From IMG/VR virus record IMGVR_UViG_3300033232_000028, positions 1 through 41,838 of that record: a DNA stretch of 41,838 bases. One strand, 5' to 3'. Made by a program: the position numbers and the translations under genes. The stretch comes from a virus. Under the pieces are notes generated by a model, which was not told the DNA's origin, did not search any database, and was given only the letters and a program-made list of their open reading frames with translations. This document shows, piece by piece, positions 1 to 8,206 of this stretch (position 1 is its first letter; each line of letters begins with the position of its first letter).

Positions 1-127
1 CAACTACAAGTCTTGTAGAAATTTCAATCCCGCTACCACAAACAATGCGAGCTGTGCCCACGTTTTCTTATTCTTTTGTACAACTACTGGACGGTATTGG
101 TTCCATTGGTATACAGGGAATTTCTCA
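1..127. repeat. Terminal overlap, identical to 41712-41838 (circular-closure redundancy)
   Basis: Base-by-base comparison of the first 127 nt with the last 127 nt shows exact identity. The overlap lies inside an open reading frame. Confidence 0.95.
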
Positions 128-257
128 TGTACGAAGTTCTATCTCCTCGGTTGGAGTAGGCTTCACGACGGCTAGTGGAGTTAGTTCTGGAGGTGGCGTA
201 GTTCTGAGGGCAGCTTCAAGTACTTCTGGTGCTATTTCACTAGCTTCAGAATTATAA
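1..257 (+). CDS. Tail fibre protein, C-terminal end (continuation of the ORF starting at 40487 across the circular junction)
   Basis: The frame is open from window start to the TAA at 255-257. 40487 to (41711+257) is 1482 nt, or 494 codons in frame. The track ORF 45..257 is the tail of this frame. Confidence 0.8.
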   Translation, partial: TTSLVEISIPLPQTMRAVPTFSYSFVQLLDGIGSIGIQGISHVRSSISSVGVGFTTASGVSSGGGVVLRAASSTSGAISLASEL

Positions 258-325
258 AGGATTTCAATCTGGTGCTACTAAAATTTACCGCCACCACACC
301 CTTCTTCCTGCAGATACATAAATAA

Positions 326-649
326 ATGTACAAACTGACCAAACACACCGGCATCACCCGCCTTGCAGATAATGCAAGCATCCCAAACGACCCAGCCAAT
401 ACTGATTATGCTGAATATCTTGAGTGGCTTGCAGCAGGTAATACACCTACTCCTGCTGATCCAATAGCAAATCCTAGGATTACTGAAATCAAAGCTCGAC
501 TCGCTCGGATTGATATTGAATCTATTCGTGCGTTACGAGCTAAATCAGTAGGTAAAGGCAAGCCAGCTGATGACACAAAACTAACTGCTCTTGATACAGA
601 GGCTGATGACCTTCGTGCAGAGTTAGCAACTACTCCTGAGTTTGTATAA
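326..649 (+). CDS. Hypothetical protein, tail-fibre-associated (possible fibre assembly/chaperone-like)
   Basis: 107-aa ORF immediately downstream of the tail fibre. The N-terminal ...IPNDPANTDYAEYLEWL... pattern resembles small proteins often found beside phage fibre genes. The C-terminal half looks coiled. Confidence 0.55.
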   Translation: MYKLTKHTGITRLADNASIPNDPANTDYAEYLEWLAAGNTPTPADPIANPRITEIKARLARIDIESIRALRAKSVGKGKPADDTKLTALDTEADDLRAELATTPEFV

Positions 650-656
650 ATAAGCT

Positions 657-1118
657 ATGCATACTCTAATGGTAGGAGGGGCTGACAGTTATGTAGGAGA
701 GTCTTTAGTTGGAGGAGCAACTGAAGCTATATTTACATATATAAGTACTGGCTCACTGAATTTATCTGGTACAGTCTCTACCTCAAAAACTAAAGGCTTT
801 ATAGGTGGAGCTTCATATGGACTCAGTTTCACAGGGGCAGCAAGCAGAAGCAGGCAGCAAGTTAGAAACTCTGTAGGCTCAATTGAATTCTCAGGAGCAG
901 CAATTAAGCTTCGTACTAAGAATCACATAGCTAATGGAGATATCTTATTTGCTGCTGTATCTCCATCCTTTAGACTTACACGAGGTGCATCTATCTGGGA
1001 AGGCACAGGTGCAGTTCCTGGAGGTTCACTAGATTCAGGAGGAAGTATCTGGGAAGGTAATACAAGTCCAGGAGGTGTAGTAGTTTCAGCCAGTAATAAC
1101 ATTTGGAGAAGTGTGTGA
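657..1118 (+). CDS. Hypothetical Gly/Ser-rich protein (probable virion/tail accessory)
   Basis: 153-aa ORF packed tightly in the late arm, with an internal duplicated SIWEG motif. No recognisable domain. Confidence 0.5.
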   Translation: MHTLMVGGADSYVGESLVGGATEAIFTYISTGSLNLSGTVSTSKTKGFIGGASYGLSFTGAASRSRQQVRNSVGSIEFSGAAIKLRTKNHIANGDILFAAVSPSFRLTRGASIWEGTGAVPGGSLDSGGSIWEGNTSPGGVVVSASNNIWRSV

Positions 1119-1705
1119 GTGGTCAATATATAAGGTGGAATGACCCAGATGATGAGTATATAGTCGAAGTCGCTTCACCTAGTAATGAAGAAACTGTGGA
1201 AGGCTTTAATACTCCATTTGGATTTTTAACCGATCTTCATTGTGTTAAGATCAAAGAAGCAGGATCAAGCAGTCGAGCACTTTGGAAACTAACTCAGGAG
1301 TTTAGATATAATAGTCTGATCTATGGACTCATCATCGTTCCTGCTGGATTCATTACTGACTTCGCTTCTGTACCTCGCCTACCATTGGCTTACTGGCTGG
1401 CTGGTGATACTGCTCACGCTTCTGCTGTAGTGCATGATTGGCTATGTAAGAATGATTACATGCAGCATAAGGTATCTTGGTCTGAAGCTGCTGATGTATT
1501 CTATGAAGCTATGGAATACGAAGGTACTCCAGCTTGGAGGAGACTTATGATGCAACTAGGTGTTAAGCTTGCACCTAATAAGAGACTTTCGTTTGAAGAC
1601 TATATAAAAAATGAGATGCGCTCACAGCTGGAATTAAATCTACCTGAGATTCAGGATGACTTAACTTTTGCCATGGAAGTAACTGATAAAGAAGGGGCAG
1701 TATGA
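1115..1705 (+). CDS. DUF1353-like protein
   Basis: The GFITDFASVPR motif is typical of DUF1353. I prefer the GTG at 1115 as start: it overlaps the upstream TGA (GTGA) and has GGAGAAG 5 nt upstream. The track start is the TTG at 1103. Confidence 0.65.
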   Translation: MSGQYIRWNDPDDEYIVEVASPSNEETVEGFNTPFGFLTDLHCVKIKEAGSSSRALWKLTQEFRYNSLIYGLIIVPAGFITDFASVPRLPLAYWLAGDTAHASAVVHDWLCKNDYMQHKVSWSEAADVFYEAMEYEGTPAWRRLMMQLGVKLAPNKRLSFEDYIKNEMRSQLELNLPEIQDDLTFAMEVTDKEGAV

Positions 1706-1956
1706 TGGGAAGAATGCAATTGAACTACTTTAGTCCGGTACGCCAAGCTCTCAATGCAGAGATAGCATCTCATGCAGGATTGCAAGAGTATTTGAAGAAA
1801 CATGACACCTCAGAATTTGAAGTACGCCTAGCAGAGATTGCTAGATACTGCGGTGTCATGCTTGATGGGGAATATGACCAGCATGATATTGATAATATCT
1901 GTGGTCTATGTCTTGAGGAGTTAAGAAAAAAGAGTACGATTATACTGACACATTAA
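1702..1956 (+). CDS. Hypothetical protein (84 aa), last gene of the late arm
   Basis: ATGA start/stop overlap with the upstream gene. No recognisable motif. Confidence 0.55.
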   Translation: MMGRMQLNYFSPVRQALNAEIASHAGLQEYLKKHDTSEFEVRLAEIARYCGVMLDGEYDQHDIDNICGLCLEELRKKSTIILTH

Positions 1957-1960
1957 TACA

Positions 1961-2245
1961 TTAAAACGGAACGTCATCATCAAATAGAGGGGTACCTTCT
2001 TTTGGAGGTACTCCTCTTTTTAATTTGCTCTCACTGATAAGGCTGCCATCTAGGATACAGGCATCTTCATAGAGTTCATTTGGCAGTCCAAACCAGTCAA
2101 TATTATCGTGTGCCCAGACAATGTATCCTGGAGAAGTATTCATAACCTCTCGCACTGTCTTACCTTTGTGCTTGCCAAAGTTAAGAACTGACTCCAAGGT
2201 AAACACTGTAACTGCTGCACCCTCACTTTTTGTGCTCATTTTCAA
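1961..2245 (-). CDS. Small protein with a DUF3820/ExoX-C-terminal-like motif and an SSB-tip-like C-terminus (DDDVPF)
   Basis: The FGKHKGKTVREV...PGYIVW motif is present. The C-terminal codons read ttt gat gat gac gtt ccg ttt taa. There is a 4-nt overlap with the upstream gene. Confidence 0.7.
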   Translation of the reverse strand: MKMSTKSEGAAVTVFTLESVLNFGKHKGKTVREVMNTSPGYIVWAHDNIDWFGLPNELYEDACILDGSLISESKLKRGVPPKEGTPLFDDDVPF

Positions 2246-2472
2246 ATCTCCTCTCTGTACTTCTTAGTTGCCCAGTACTCAATGTCATGCAGTTTAGCTT
2301 GAATATCTGCACAGTTAGCTCTGATAACTGCAAGTAATATTCTGTTAGGCTCAGGCTGCCGCATGTTAAGTTCCATCTCAGCAATCAGCTCATTAATCTT
2401 AATGGTTGCTTCACTTGCTTTAATTTGGATTTCAGTGCTACTGTTATCTGGAGGTGTTGAGATTGTGCTCAT
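2242..2472 (-). CDS. Hypothetical protein (76 aa)
   Basis: 4-nt overlaps with both neighbours suggest translational coupling. Predicted helical. Confidence 0.55.
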   Translation of the reverse strand: MSTISTPPDNSSTEIQIKASEATIKINELIAEMELNMRQPEPNRILLAVIRANCADIQAKLHDIEYWATKKYREEI

Positions 2473-3755
2473 GATAATGCATCCTTTTCTTCTTTGGTTA
2501 GGAGATTGAAATTTACAGTATTACTCTTGAATCCTGTGTCAGCTTCTTTAAGTACTTTCTTCTTAGGCAGAAATCCCTTTGGAGTTGACTGGATTTTATC
2601 TGCTCTGGATAAGTTTTCAAGCACAGTTGTCAGTTCAGTTGCCTTATCCAAATCCTTATGTACAAACTGCCAAAGCTTTACTGCATTGACTGGTTCAAGT
2701 GAAGCTTCAATAACTTGTAAAATCTTATGTGCTACATCTGCATGTTTAGCTTTACCGAATTCACCAAGTGCTTTTGGCATGAAGTGTTCAGCATATGATA
2801 GTGTCGTATTCGCATAGATTACATCCTCCTCTGTTACAGTTGATGAAAACCTGATTGTCGCAAGTAGCATACACAACTTAAGTAGATGTGTGAATCGTCG
2901 ATTGGAATAGGATTCAAAGCGCGCATCTTCTAGGTCTCCCCAGCCTTTATAAATCACATCTAATAAGTCTTTAGCTGAAGGTGATAACGTGAGCGCGCCT
3001 ACACTTATTGCATGTGTCTTAATCTCTCTGAGAGCAGTAACAAGTTCAAGAGTGTGCTTTGGGCAAGGAGGCTCTGGCCAAGTAATCTTAGCCCGAGTTC
3101 TCTCTCCGTAAATCATGAGAGTACGACTAAAAAATCCTTGACCTAGAATCTCAATAGGGAAAGCTGCACTAAATCCAGTAGGAGTGTTACCTCCTAGGAT
3201 ATTAATGGTTGGGTTCATAATCTGAACACTCTTGGAGTTCTTTACTTTAGATTCAAATTGTCCACTGTAATCCCAGAGTTCACCAAGGTCAGTTACAAAG
3301 TCAAGTATATTGTTACCGAAGAAAGTATTGAATTCTCCTGCAACAATAAACATTTCGGAGACAGTCGAGGTGTCATCTTCTCTAGCTCCAAACAAAGTTT
3401 GCTCAAGAAAATCTTCACCATTGCTGGCTCCAACCCCATTAGACTCTGCCATATCAATAAAGAACTTTTCTTTGGTAGTCTTTGTCGGACTGAAATGAGT
3501 GTAGCCTGACTGTCTAAGAAGTCCCTTAGCAATATTAATTGCGGATGATTTCCTACTACCTGCACTTCCAATGAGTAGAGTGTATAAGTTTGGGTAGAGT
3601 GTAAAGTGTCCATGATGTAAGTAGATATCTCTCGATAAGTATGCTGCTACACAACTTAAGATACTCCAGCGATGGAATATTGCTGGAGGTTCGGTATCAG
3701 ATGTGTAGTGCAGATAACTTGTTATTAGATCATTAGGGCTGGAAGGGTTTGTCAC
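2469..3755 (-). CDS. P-loop NTPase, DUF3987-like (candidate replicative helicase / D5-type helicase-like)
   Basis: Walker A-like LLIGSAGSRKSS follows a hydrophobic N-terminal region, as in DUF3987 proteins. It lies directly downstream of the DNA polymerase. Confidence 0.55.
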   Translation of the reverse strand: MTNPSSPNDLITSYLHYTSDTEPPAIFHRWSILSCVAAYLSRDIYLHHGHFTLYPNLYTLLIGSAGSRKSSAINIAKGLLRQSGYTHFSPTKTTKEKFFIDMAESNGVGASNGEDFLEQTLFGAREDDTSTVSEMFIVAGEFNTFFGNNILDFVTDLGELWDYSGQFESKVKNSKSVQIMNPTINILGGNTPTGFSAAFPIEILGQGFFSRTLMIYGERTRAKITWPEPPCPKHTLELVTALREIKTHAISVGALTLSPSAKDLLDVIYKGWGDLEDARFESYSNRRFTHLLKLCMLLATIRFSSTVTEEDVIYANTTLSYAEHFMPKALGEFGKAKHADVAHKILQVIEASLEPVNAVKLWQFVHKDLDKATELTTVLENLSRADKIQSTPKGFLPKKKVLKEADTGFKSNTVNFNLLTKEEKDALS

Positions 3756-3771
3756 GTTTTATATTATCTCA

Positions 3772-6114
3772 TTAACCTAGGTCTGACCAATACTTACCGC
3801 CAAACTTAGCGTCAGAAGGTACAGTGAATGTTCTAGTCTTACCATCGTAACCGCGTACTGTTACTGGAATCTCCATGCACTCTGCTACTTTCTTGCTGAT
3901 ATGCTCATGGCCAATGCGGTATTGATGAAAGATAGAATCATGAATCTGTCCAAGTAGTTTAAAGTTAGCTGCATACTTTGGATTAATTGCAATCTCATAG
4001 AACACTCTCATGAAAGCTTTATTTAATGTCATCGCATTAAGAGATTGAGGTTCATGAGCTATATAGCTGTTCTTATGTAGCTTGTTCTTATCTGGGTGTC
4101 CAAAGCATCTACGAGTCCAGCCACCTGTCTGAGAATACCACTCAGCCACATTATAGCAAGACCTACTCCATTCATCCTGTTCGTGAGGTTGATGAATAGC
4201 TGCTGATTTCAGATGCCTTGTTGTTACCAGTTGATGAACCATTCCAACATAGTAGTTAGCAGAGATTCCTGGGTAAGTCTTGTGGAATGCAGCAAGAAGG
4301 TAAGCTGCTACCTGCTGTGCTCCCCAAGAAGTAGGAAGCTTGAGCAGCCTTCTGGCTTCAAAGGTTTTCTCAAGTCCCATCGTATCTACTAAGGTGTTAT
4401 CTCCCATGTTATAGTTTGCTCCATGGTTGACACGCTTGGCAAGATCACGAATCTTTTTGTCGAGAGTTTTGTGTAATTTATTAGAGTAGATTGCATCATA
4501 TGGTATGCCAAAGAAAGCACTTGCATTGAGAGAATGGAAATCAGAGTCTCCGCTGACTGCAGCAATAAGGTTCTCATCTCCTGCAATATGCGCAGTATCT
4601 CTAGACTCTGCTTGTTCAAGGTCTGCTTCGCCAAATAAGAAATCGTTATCAGCGACAATTGTTTGTTTGACACTAGGCCCACGGGGAATGTTTTGAAGTT
4701 GGAGGCCACACCAAAAGTGATGCTCTCTACTTGCTAGTCTCCCTGTATCTGTACCGTGCGGAATGAGAGAGTATAAGATTCTTCCCTTAAACTCTTTAGC
4801 TCCTGATTTGTCTTTTGCATTTGATAGGTATGTTGAGACAAGTTTTCTTGCCCCTCTAAGCTCTAAGATTTCACCAAAGATTCTGGCATTAAGTGGATGC
4901 AGATAAGAACCTTTCACAAGGTGCTTCTCATCACTTGAGTCCCACTGCTTACGAGACACTAATGGCGAGTCCCTCAAACCGAGAACTTTCATTAATGTAA
5001 GTACTTGCTTAGGCGATCCTGGGTTAATAGGTACACCTACCATTGCATGTAGAGAGCACAAATGCTTATTTATAATTACATCTTGTTCAAGCCTTGCACG
5101 CTCAAGTGCTGTCATGTCCCTTTTGATTCCTGTCATCTCAGAAAGAATGCAAGGAAAGTTAATTGGGAACTCAGCTAAATAGTTTCTTTGTGCCCACTCT
5201 GGCGCTTGCTGAATCCAAGATATAAACACAAGTGCAGTACTCCATACATCTAGAGCGTTGTACTTGTAGTATTCTTGAAGATCAGTTGTTTGAGCTAGGT
5301 CTTTCCAGTAACGACCATCACGAATAAGGAATGCAGACAAGAATGCAAGATCCTTAGGAAGCTCACTGAGCCATGCATGGAACATGGTAGCAGTATCATA
5401 CATGTATCCCCAGAGAATTATGTTGAAGCGTAGCAGATATGAGATATCATATTTACCGTTTTGCAGAATCTTTGGAATCTCTAGCGCTGCAAACTTCCTG
5501 CATATTGCTACTGCAAACTCAGAATCAAAAGGTACCACATAGCAGGTGATAGTAATAGCATTCCCACTAACCCGAACAGCGGCAAAGCCGATGCAAGTGA
5601 TAGTAAGAGGGTCTTTCTTCGTTTCAATATCGACTGCAATATAGTCTGCTTGTTGAAGATCCTGATATATTGTTTCCCAGTTAGATGCAGTTACAAGTGT
5701 CCAGTTGAATTGATTAAGAGCAGGGAGTCGTAACGCTGACCATTCTTTTGGAGCAGTTAGTTTAGAGAGAAACTTTTCAGTTACATAAGGTGCATATGGA
5801 ATACTGAGCAGCTGCTCCAAAGGATTGATTGCTACTACTTCAAGACCACTTGATGTTACAAACAGTGAGCCTGCATAGGAATCTAATGTAGGAAGCTTAC
5901 GACTCCAATCTTTAGAAGTCATCAACTTAGATAGAAGAACCTGTGAAGTAGTAAACACTCCGGTGATGCTACGCTTCTTACAGTACATCTCCACTTCGGC
6001 CAGTGTGCTGATAGGTTCAGTGATTACATAAACTTCGGATGTACGCACAAGAGTTTTAAGTCGAGGAACATATGGCACATCGGAGTAAGTACCAAGGAAT
6101 AGAAGTTTAGGCAT
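3772..6114 (-). CDS. Family A DNA polymerase with 3'-5' exonuclease domain
   Basis: Exo motifs are IAVDIET, NGKYDISYL and YNALDV. Pol motif A is DLEQAESR, motif B is RDLAKRVNHGANY, and motif C is QIHDSI. AGGAG RBS. Confidence 0.9.
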   Translation of the reverse strand: MPKLLFLGTYSDVPYVPRLKTLVRTSEVYVITEPISTLAEVEMYCKKRSITGVFTTSQVLLSKLMTSKDWSRKLPTLDSYAGSLFVTSSGLEVVAINPLEQLLSIPYAPYVTEKFLSKLTAPKEWSALRLPALNQFNWTLVTASNWETIYQDLQQADYIAVDIETKKDPLTITCIGFAAVRVSGNAITITCYVVPFDSEFAVAICRKFAALEIPKILQNGKYDISYLLRFNIILWGYMYDTATMFHAWLSELPKDLAFLSAFLIRDGRYWKDLAQTTDLQEYYKYNALDVWSTALVFISWIQQAPEWAQRNYLAEFPINFPCILSEMTGIKRDMTALERARLEQDVIINKHLCSLHAMVGVPINPGSPKQVLTLMKVLGLRDSPLVSRKQWDSSDEKHLVKGSYLHPLNARIFGEILELRGARKLVSTYLSNAKDKSGAKEFKGRILYSLIPHGTDTGRLASREHHFWCGLQLQNIPRGPSVKQTIVADNDFLFGEADLEQAESRDTAHIAGDENLIAAVSGDSDFHSLNASAFFGIPYDAIYSNKLHKTLDKKIRDLAKRVNHGANYNMGDNTLVDTMGLEKTFEARRLLKLPTSWGAQQVAAYLLAAFHKTYPGISANYYVGMVHQLVTTRHLKSAAIHQPHEQDEWSRSCYNVAEWYSQTGGWTRRCFGHPDKNKLHKNSYIAHEPQSLNAMTLNKAFMRVFYEIAINPKYAANFKLLGQIHDSIFHQYRIGHEHISKKVAECMEIPVTVRGYDGKTRTFTVPSDAKFGGKYWSDLG

Positions 6115-6140
6115 ATGAGTATGTTACTCCTGTTATCATA

Positions 6141-6184
6141 GAAAAGCTCCCCAAAAGAAATAGTACTAACTTCTTCTGAGGAGC
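6141..6184 (-). terminator. Rho-independent terminator downstream of 6224..6667
   Basis: Minus strand: GCUCCUCAGAAGAA - 10-nt loop - UUCUUUUGGGGAGC (14 bp including 2 G-U pairs), followed by UUUUC. Confidence 0.8.
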
Positions 6185-6223
6185 AGGTCTATACTAACTA
6201 GATGTTAGCATTTGCCTTTAGTC

Positions 6224-6667
6224 TTACAGAACAGTCACACTTTTCAAAGCTTGGTACTGCTTGGTTGCATCTTTCTTATCAGTGCGAACACCAAACACTA
6301 CCATACAAACAGTACCTTCAGCAGCTTCCATCATCTCACGGCTAGTCATACCGTCAGGCAAACCCAGGCCTTCTTTAATAGAAGTAAGAGTTTTCTTAAG
6401 ATCACCTTGACCGAACTCATTGTTCAGCAGGAAGCCAACAGAAGTAGTTGCACCTGCAGCAGGAGCCTCAGCTGTAGGATCACTCAGCTCAACAACTTCA
6501 TTATTGGTGAAGCTAAGTTCAACTCCCATGTTCTCGCCCATCTTCTTAACAGTCATTTTAACTGAGCCATTGTAAGCACCTGCCGGGAAGATTTTAAACT
6601 CAGGCAAGTCAGCCAGATCATCCAGAGTGGAGTCAAGCAGGGAGTCAATGCTGGTTGCGTCGTTCAT
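6224..6667 (-). CDS. Abundantly expressed hypothetical protein with an acidic N-terminus (function unknown; SSB-type role only a guess)
   Basis: 147-aa ORF with CTG/CGT/GGT-rich codon usage unlike its neighbours. It has its own downstream terminator and an upstream spacer of about 110 nt. Confidence 0.75.
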   Translation of the reverse strand: MNDATSIDSLLDSTLDDLADLPEFKIFPAGAYNGSVKMTVKKMGENMGVELSFTNNEVVELSDPTAEAPAAGATTSVGFLLNNEFGQGDLKKTLTSIKEGLGLPDGMTSREMMEAAEGTVCMVVFGVRTDKKDATKQYQALKSVTVL

Positions 6668-6748
6668 GATGTTATTTCCTTTTCAATTAAGTTAGATTAC
6701 ATTAAATTACAATTACTTCCAGTTCACACAAGATACTACAGGTTACTG

Positions 6749-6780
6749 CACTCTATCACTCTATCACTCTATCACTCTAT
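6749..6780. repeat. Tandem repeat (cactctat)x4
   Basis: Four perfect 8-bp units. The TAG stop of 6777..7127 lies in the first unit when read on the minus strand. Confidence 0.95.
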
Positions 6781-7127
6781 CTGTTTCTATCAATGTCATA
6801 GAAATGTGGAGAGTGCAACTCAGGAGCTTGTGTCTCTCCTAAATGCTGTGGCGTTTCTGGGTACTTCTCAAGTCTTGCAATTTCTGCCTCAGCGTAGAAC
6901 TTAATCTTCTTAGCATCACGCAGTTGAGAAGAGTGAGATACTTTTCCGTAGCGATAACATGCCCGGAATATTTCTCCAATCTGTGAATTCATATTACGAA
7001 ATGAAATCAAGTCTTGAAGCTGTGAAGTTCCCGCAGGTAGTTCATAGTAAGAAGCTGTACTGCCATCACTGATTGTTGGTGTGGAATACGCTGTTTGTAC
7101 AGATGTTCGTGGTGAAGCTGGCATCAC
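6777..7127 (-). CDS. Hypothetical protein (116 aa)
   Basis: 4-nt overlap with the upstream DHH gene. No recognisable motif. Confidence 0.55.
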   Translation of the reverse strand: MMPASPRTSVQTAYSTPTISDGSTASYYELPAGTSQLQDLISFRNMNSQIGEIFRACYRYGKVSHSSQLRDAKKIKFYAEAEIARLEKYPETPQHLGETQAPELHSPHFYDIDRNR

Positions 7128-8206
7128 AACTCTCTCCTGTTAGGGTAAAAGAACTTATTCAATAATTCAATCGAGGACAGCTTAAAACCTGCTGCATTCT
7201 TGTGGCCACCTCCACCAAACTTAGCTGCAATCGCTGACACATCGAAGTCACCATTAGAACGAAGTGAGCATTCAACTGCTCCCTGAGTGTCTATATGCCA
7301 ACAGAGTCCATAGGTTCCAGACTCAGTTGCAAGGTGATGACCTACGTCAGAAGCTAGATGCTTAGGGCAATTAGCTGCAAGGCCTACTACTGCAACTTGG
7401 CGAGACATTGAAAGAGTCTTACCATCTTCGTGAGGATTATCAATTACATGAGATTCAAAGAACGTAAGTGAGCATTCACGTTTGGATGCAGCAATGATTG
7501 ATTGTACATTCTGGTTATGTGCTCTTAGGATTGCAGCACCTTCAATGCGCATATCAACATAAATAGCATTGATAGGATGTTTGTCCAACTCTAAGAACAT
7601 GCTGTTCCACTGTTCAAAACTCCAAGGAGCATAAGACCACAATGCTTTATTGAACTCTTTAGTTCCGTCAATCTTAAATTGCCAGCGATCATAGTCATCA
7701 ATGTGCTGAATCAGCTTAGGAGTCCCCTCTGATGGATGAAAGTAGTTCCAAGCAATCAATGCCCCAGAGCTGGTGTTATCTAAGATCACATGATGCAATG
7801 AGTTATAGCTAAACTTACCAATAGCTACTGCATCACAGAAATCATTACAGCTAGTATTAACTGGGAGACCGTACATATCAAATGCAGACTTGTGATGATC
7901 CAGCCAGATAACATTACTGCATCCAGAGAACAATGCTTCCATGATACTAACTGGAAAGCTGAAGTCTAAGATGTAAACCACTCGATCAGTTGTGCTGTAC
8001 TCAATATCTCCTACAGTAAGATACCCTGTCTCTACATTAAACTTAAAGCCATTGTAACTGACAGGTACATAGATTGCACCCTCAGCTCCTAAAGATTTCC
8101 ATGCTGCAAAGGCTGCACCAAAACCGTCAGCACAGTTAGCGTGATAGAGAACTAGAGGTAAGTTAGTGTTAGTGTTAGTGTTAGTGTTAGTGTTAGTTGT
8201 ATTCAT
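7124..8206 (-). CDS. DHH/DHHA1-family phosphoesterase (RecJ/NrnA-like)
   Basis: Motifs are YHANCADGFGAA, LDHHKS (DHH) and GGGGHKNAAGF (DHHA1). The N-terminus MNT(TN)6 is encoded by a hexanucleotide repeat. Confidence 0.8.
   Translation of the reverse strand: MNTTNTNTNTNTNTNLPLVLYHANCADGFGAAFAAWKSLGAEGAIYVPVSYNGFKFNVETGYLTVGDIEYSTTDRVVYILDFSFPVSIMEALFSGCSNVIWLDHHKSAFDMYGLPVNTSCNDFCDAVAIGKFSYNSLHHVILDNTSSGALIAWNYFHPSEGTPKLIQHIDDYDRWQFKIDGTKEFNKALWSYAPWSFEQWNSMFLELDKHPINAIYVDMRIEGAAILRAHNQNVQSIIAASKRECSLTFFESHVIDNPHEDGKTLSMSRQVAVVGLAANCPKHLASDVGHHLATESGTYGLCWHIDTQGAVECSLRSNGDFDVSAIAAKFGGGGHKNAAGFKLSSIELLNKFFYPNRREL
8162..8197. repeat. Tandem repeat (gttagt)x6, coding (ACT AAC)x6 on the minus strand
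   Basis: Six perfect 6-bp units form codons 4-15 of the DHH gene. Confidence 0.95.

Noticed and set aside
2494-4709. Short internal ORFs on both strands inside the DUF3987-like and PolA genes (e.g. 2494..2817, 3258..3509, 3293..3613, 4389..4709, 4505..4696)
   Set aside because: They are fully nested in well-supported longer genes, with no start signals and implausible composition.
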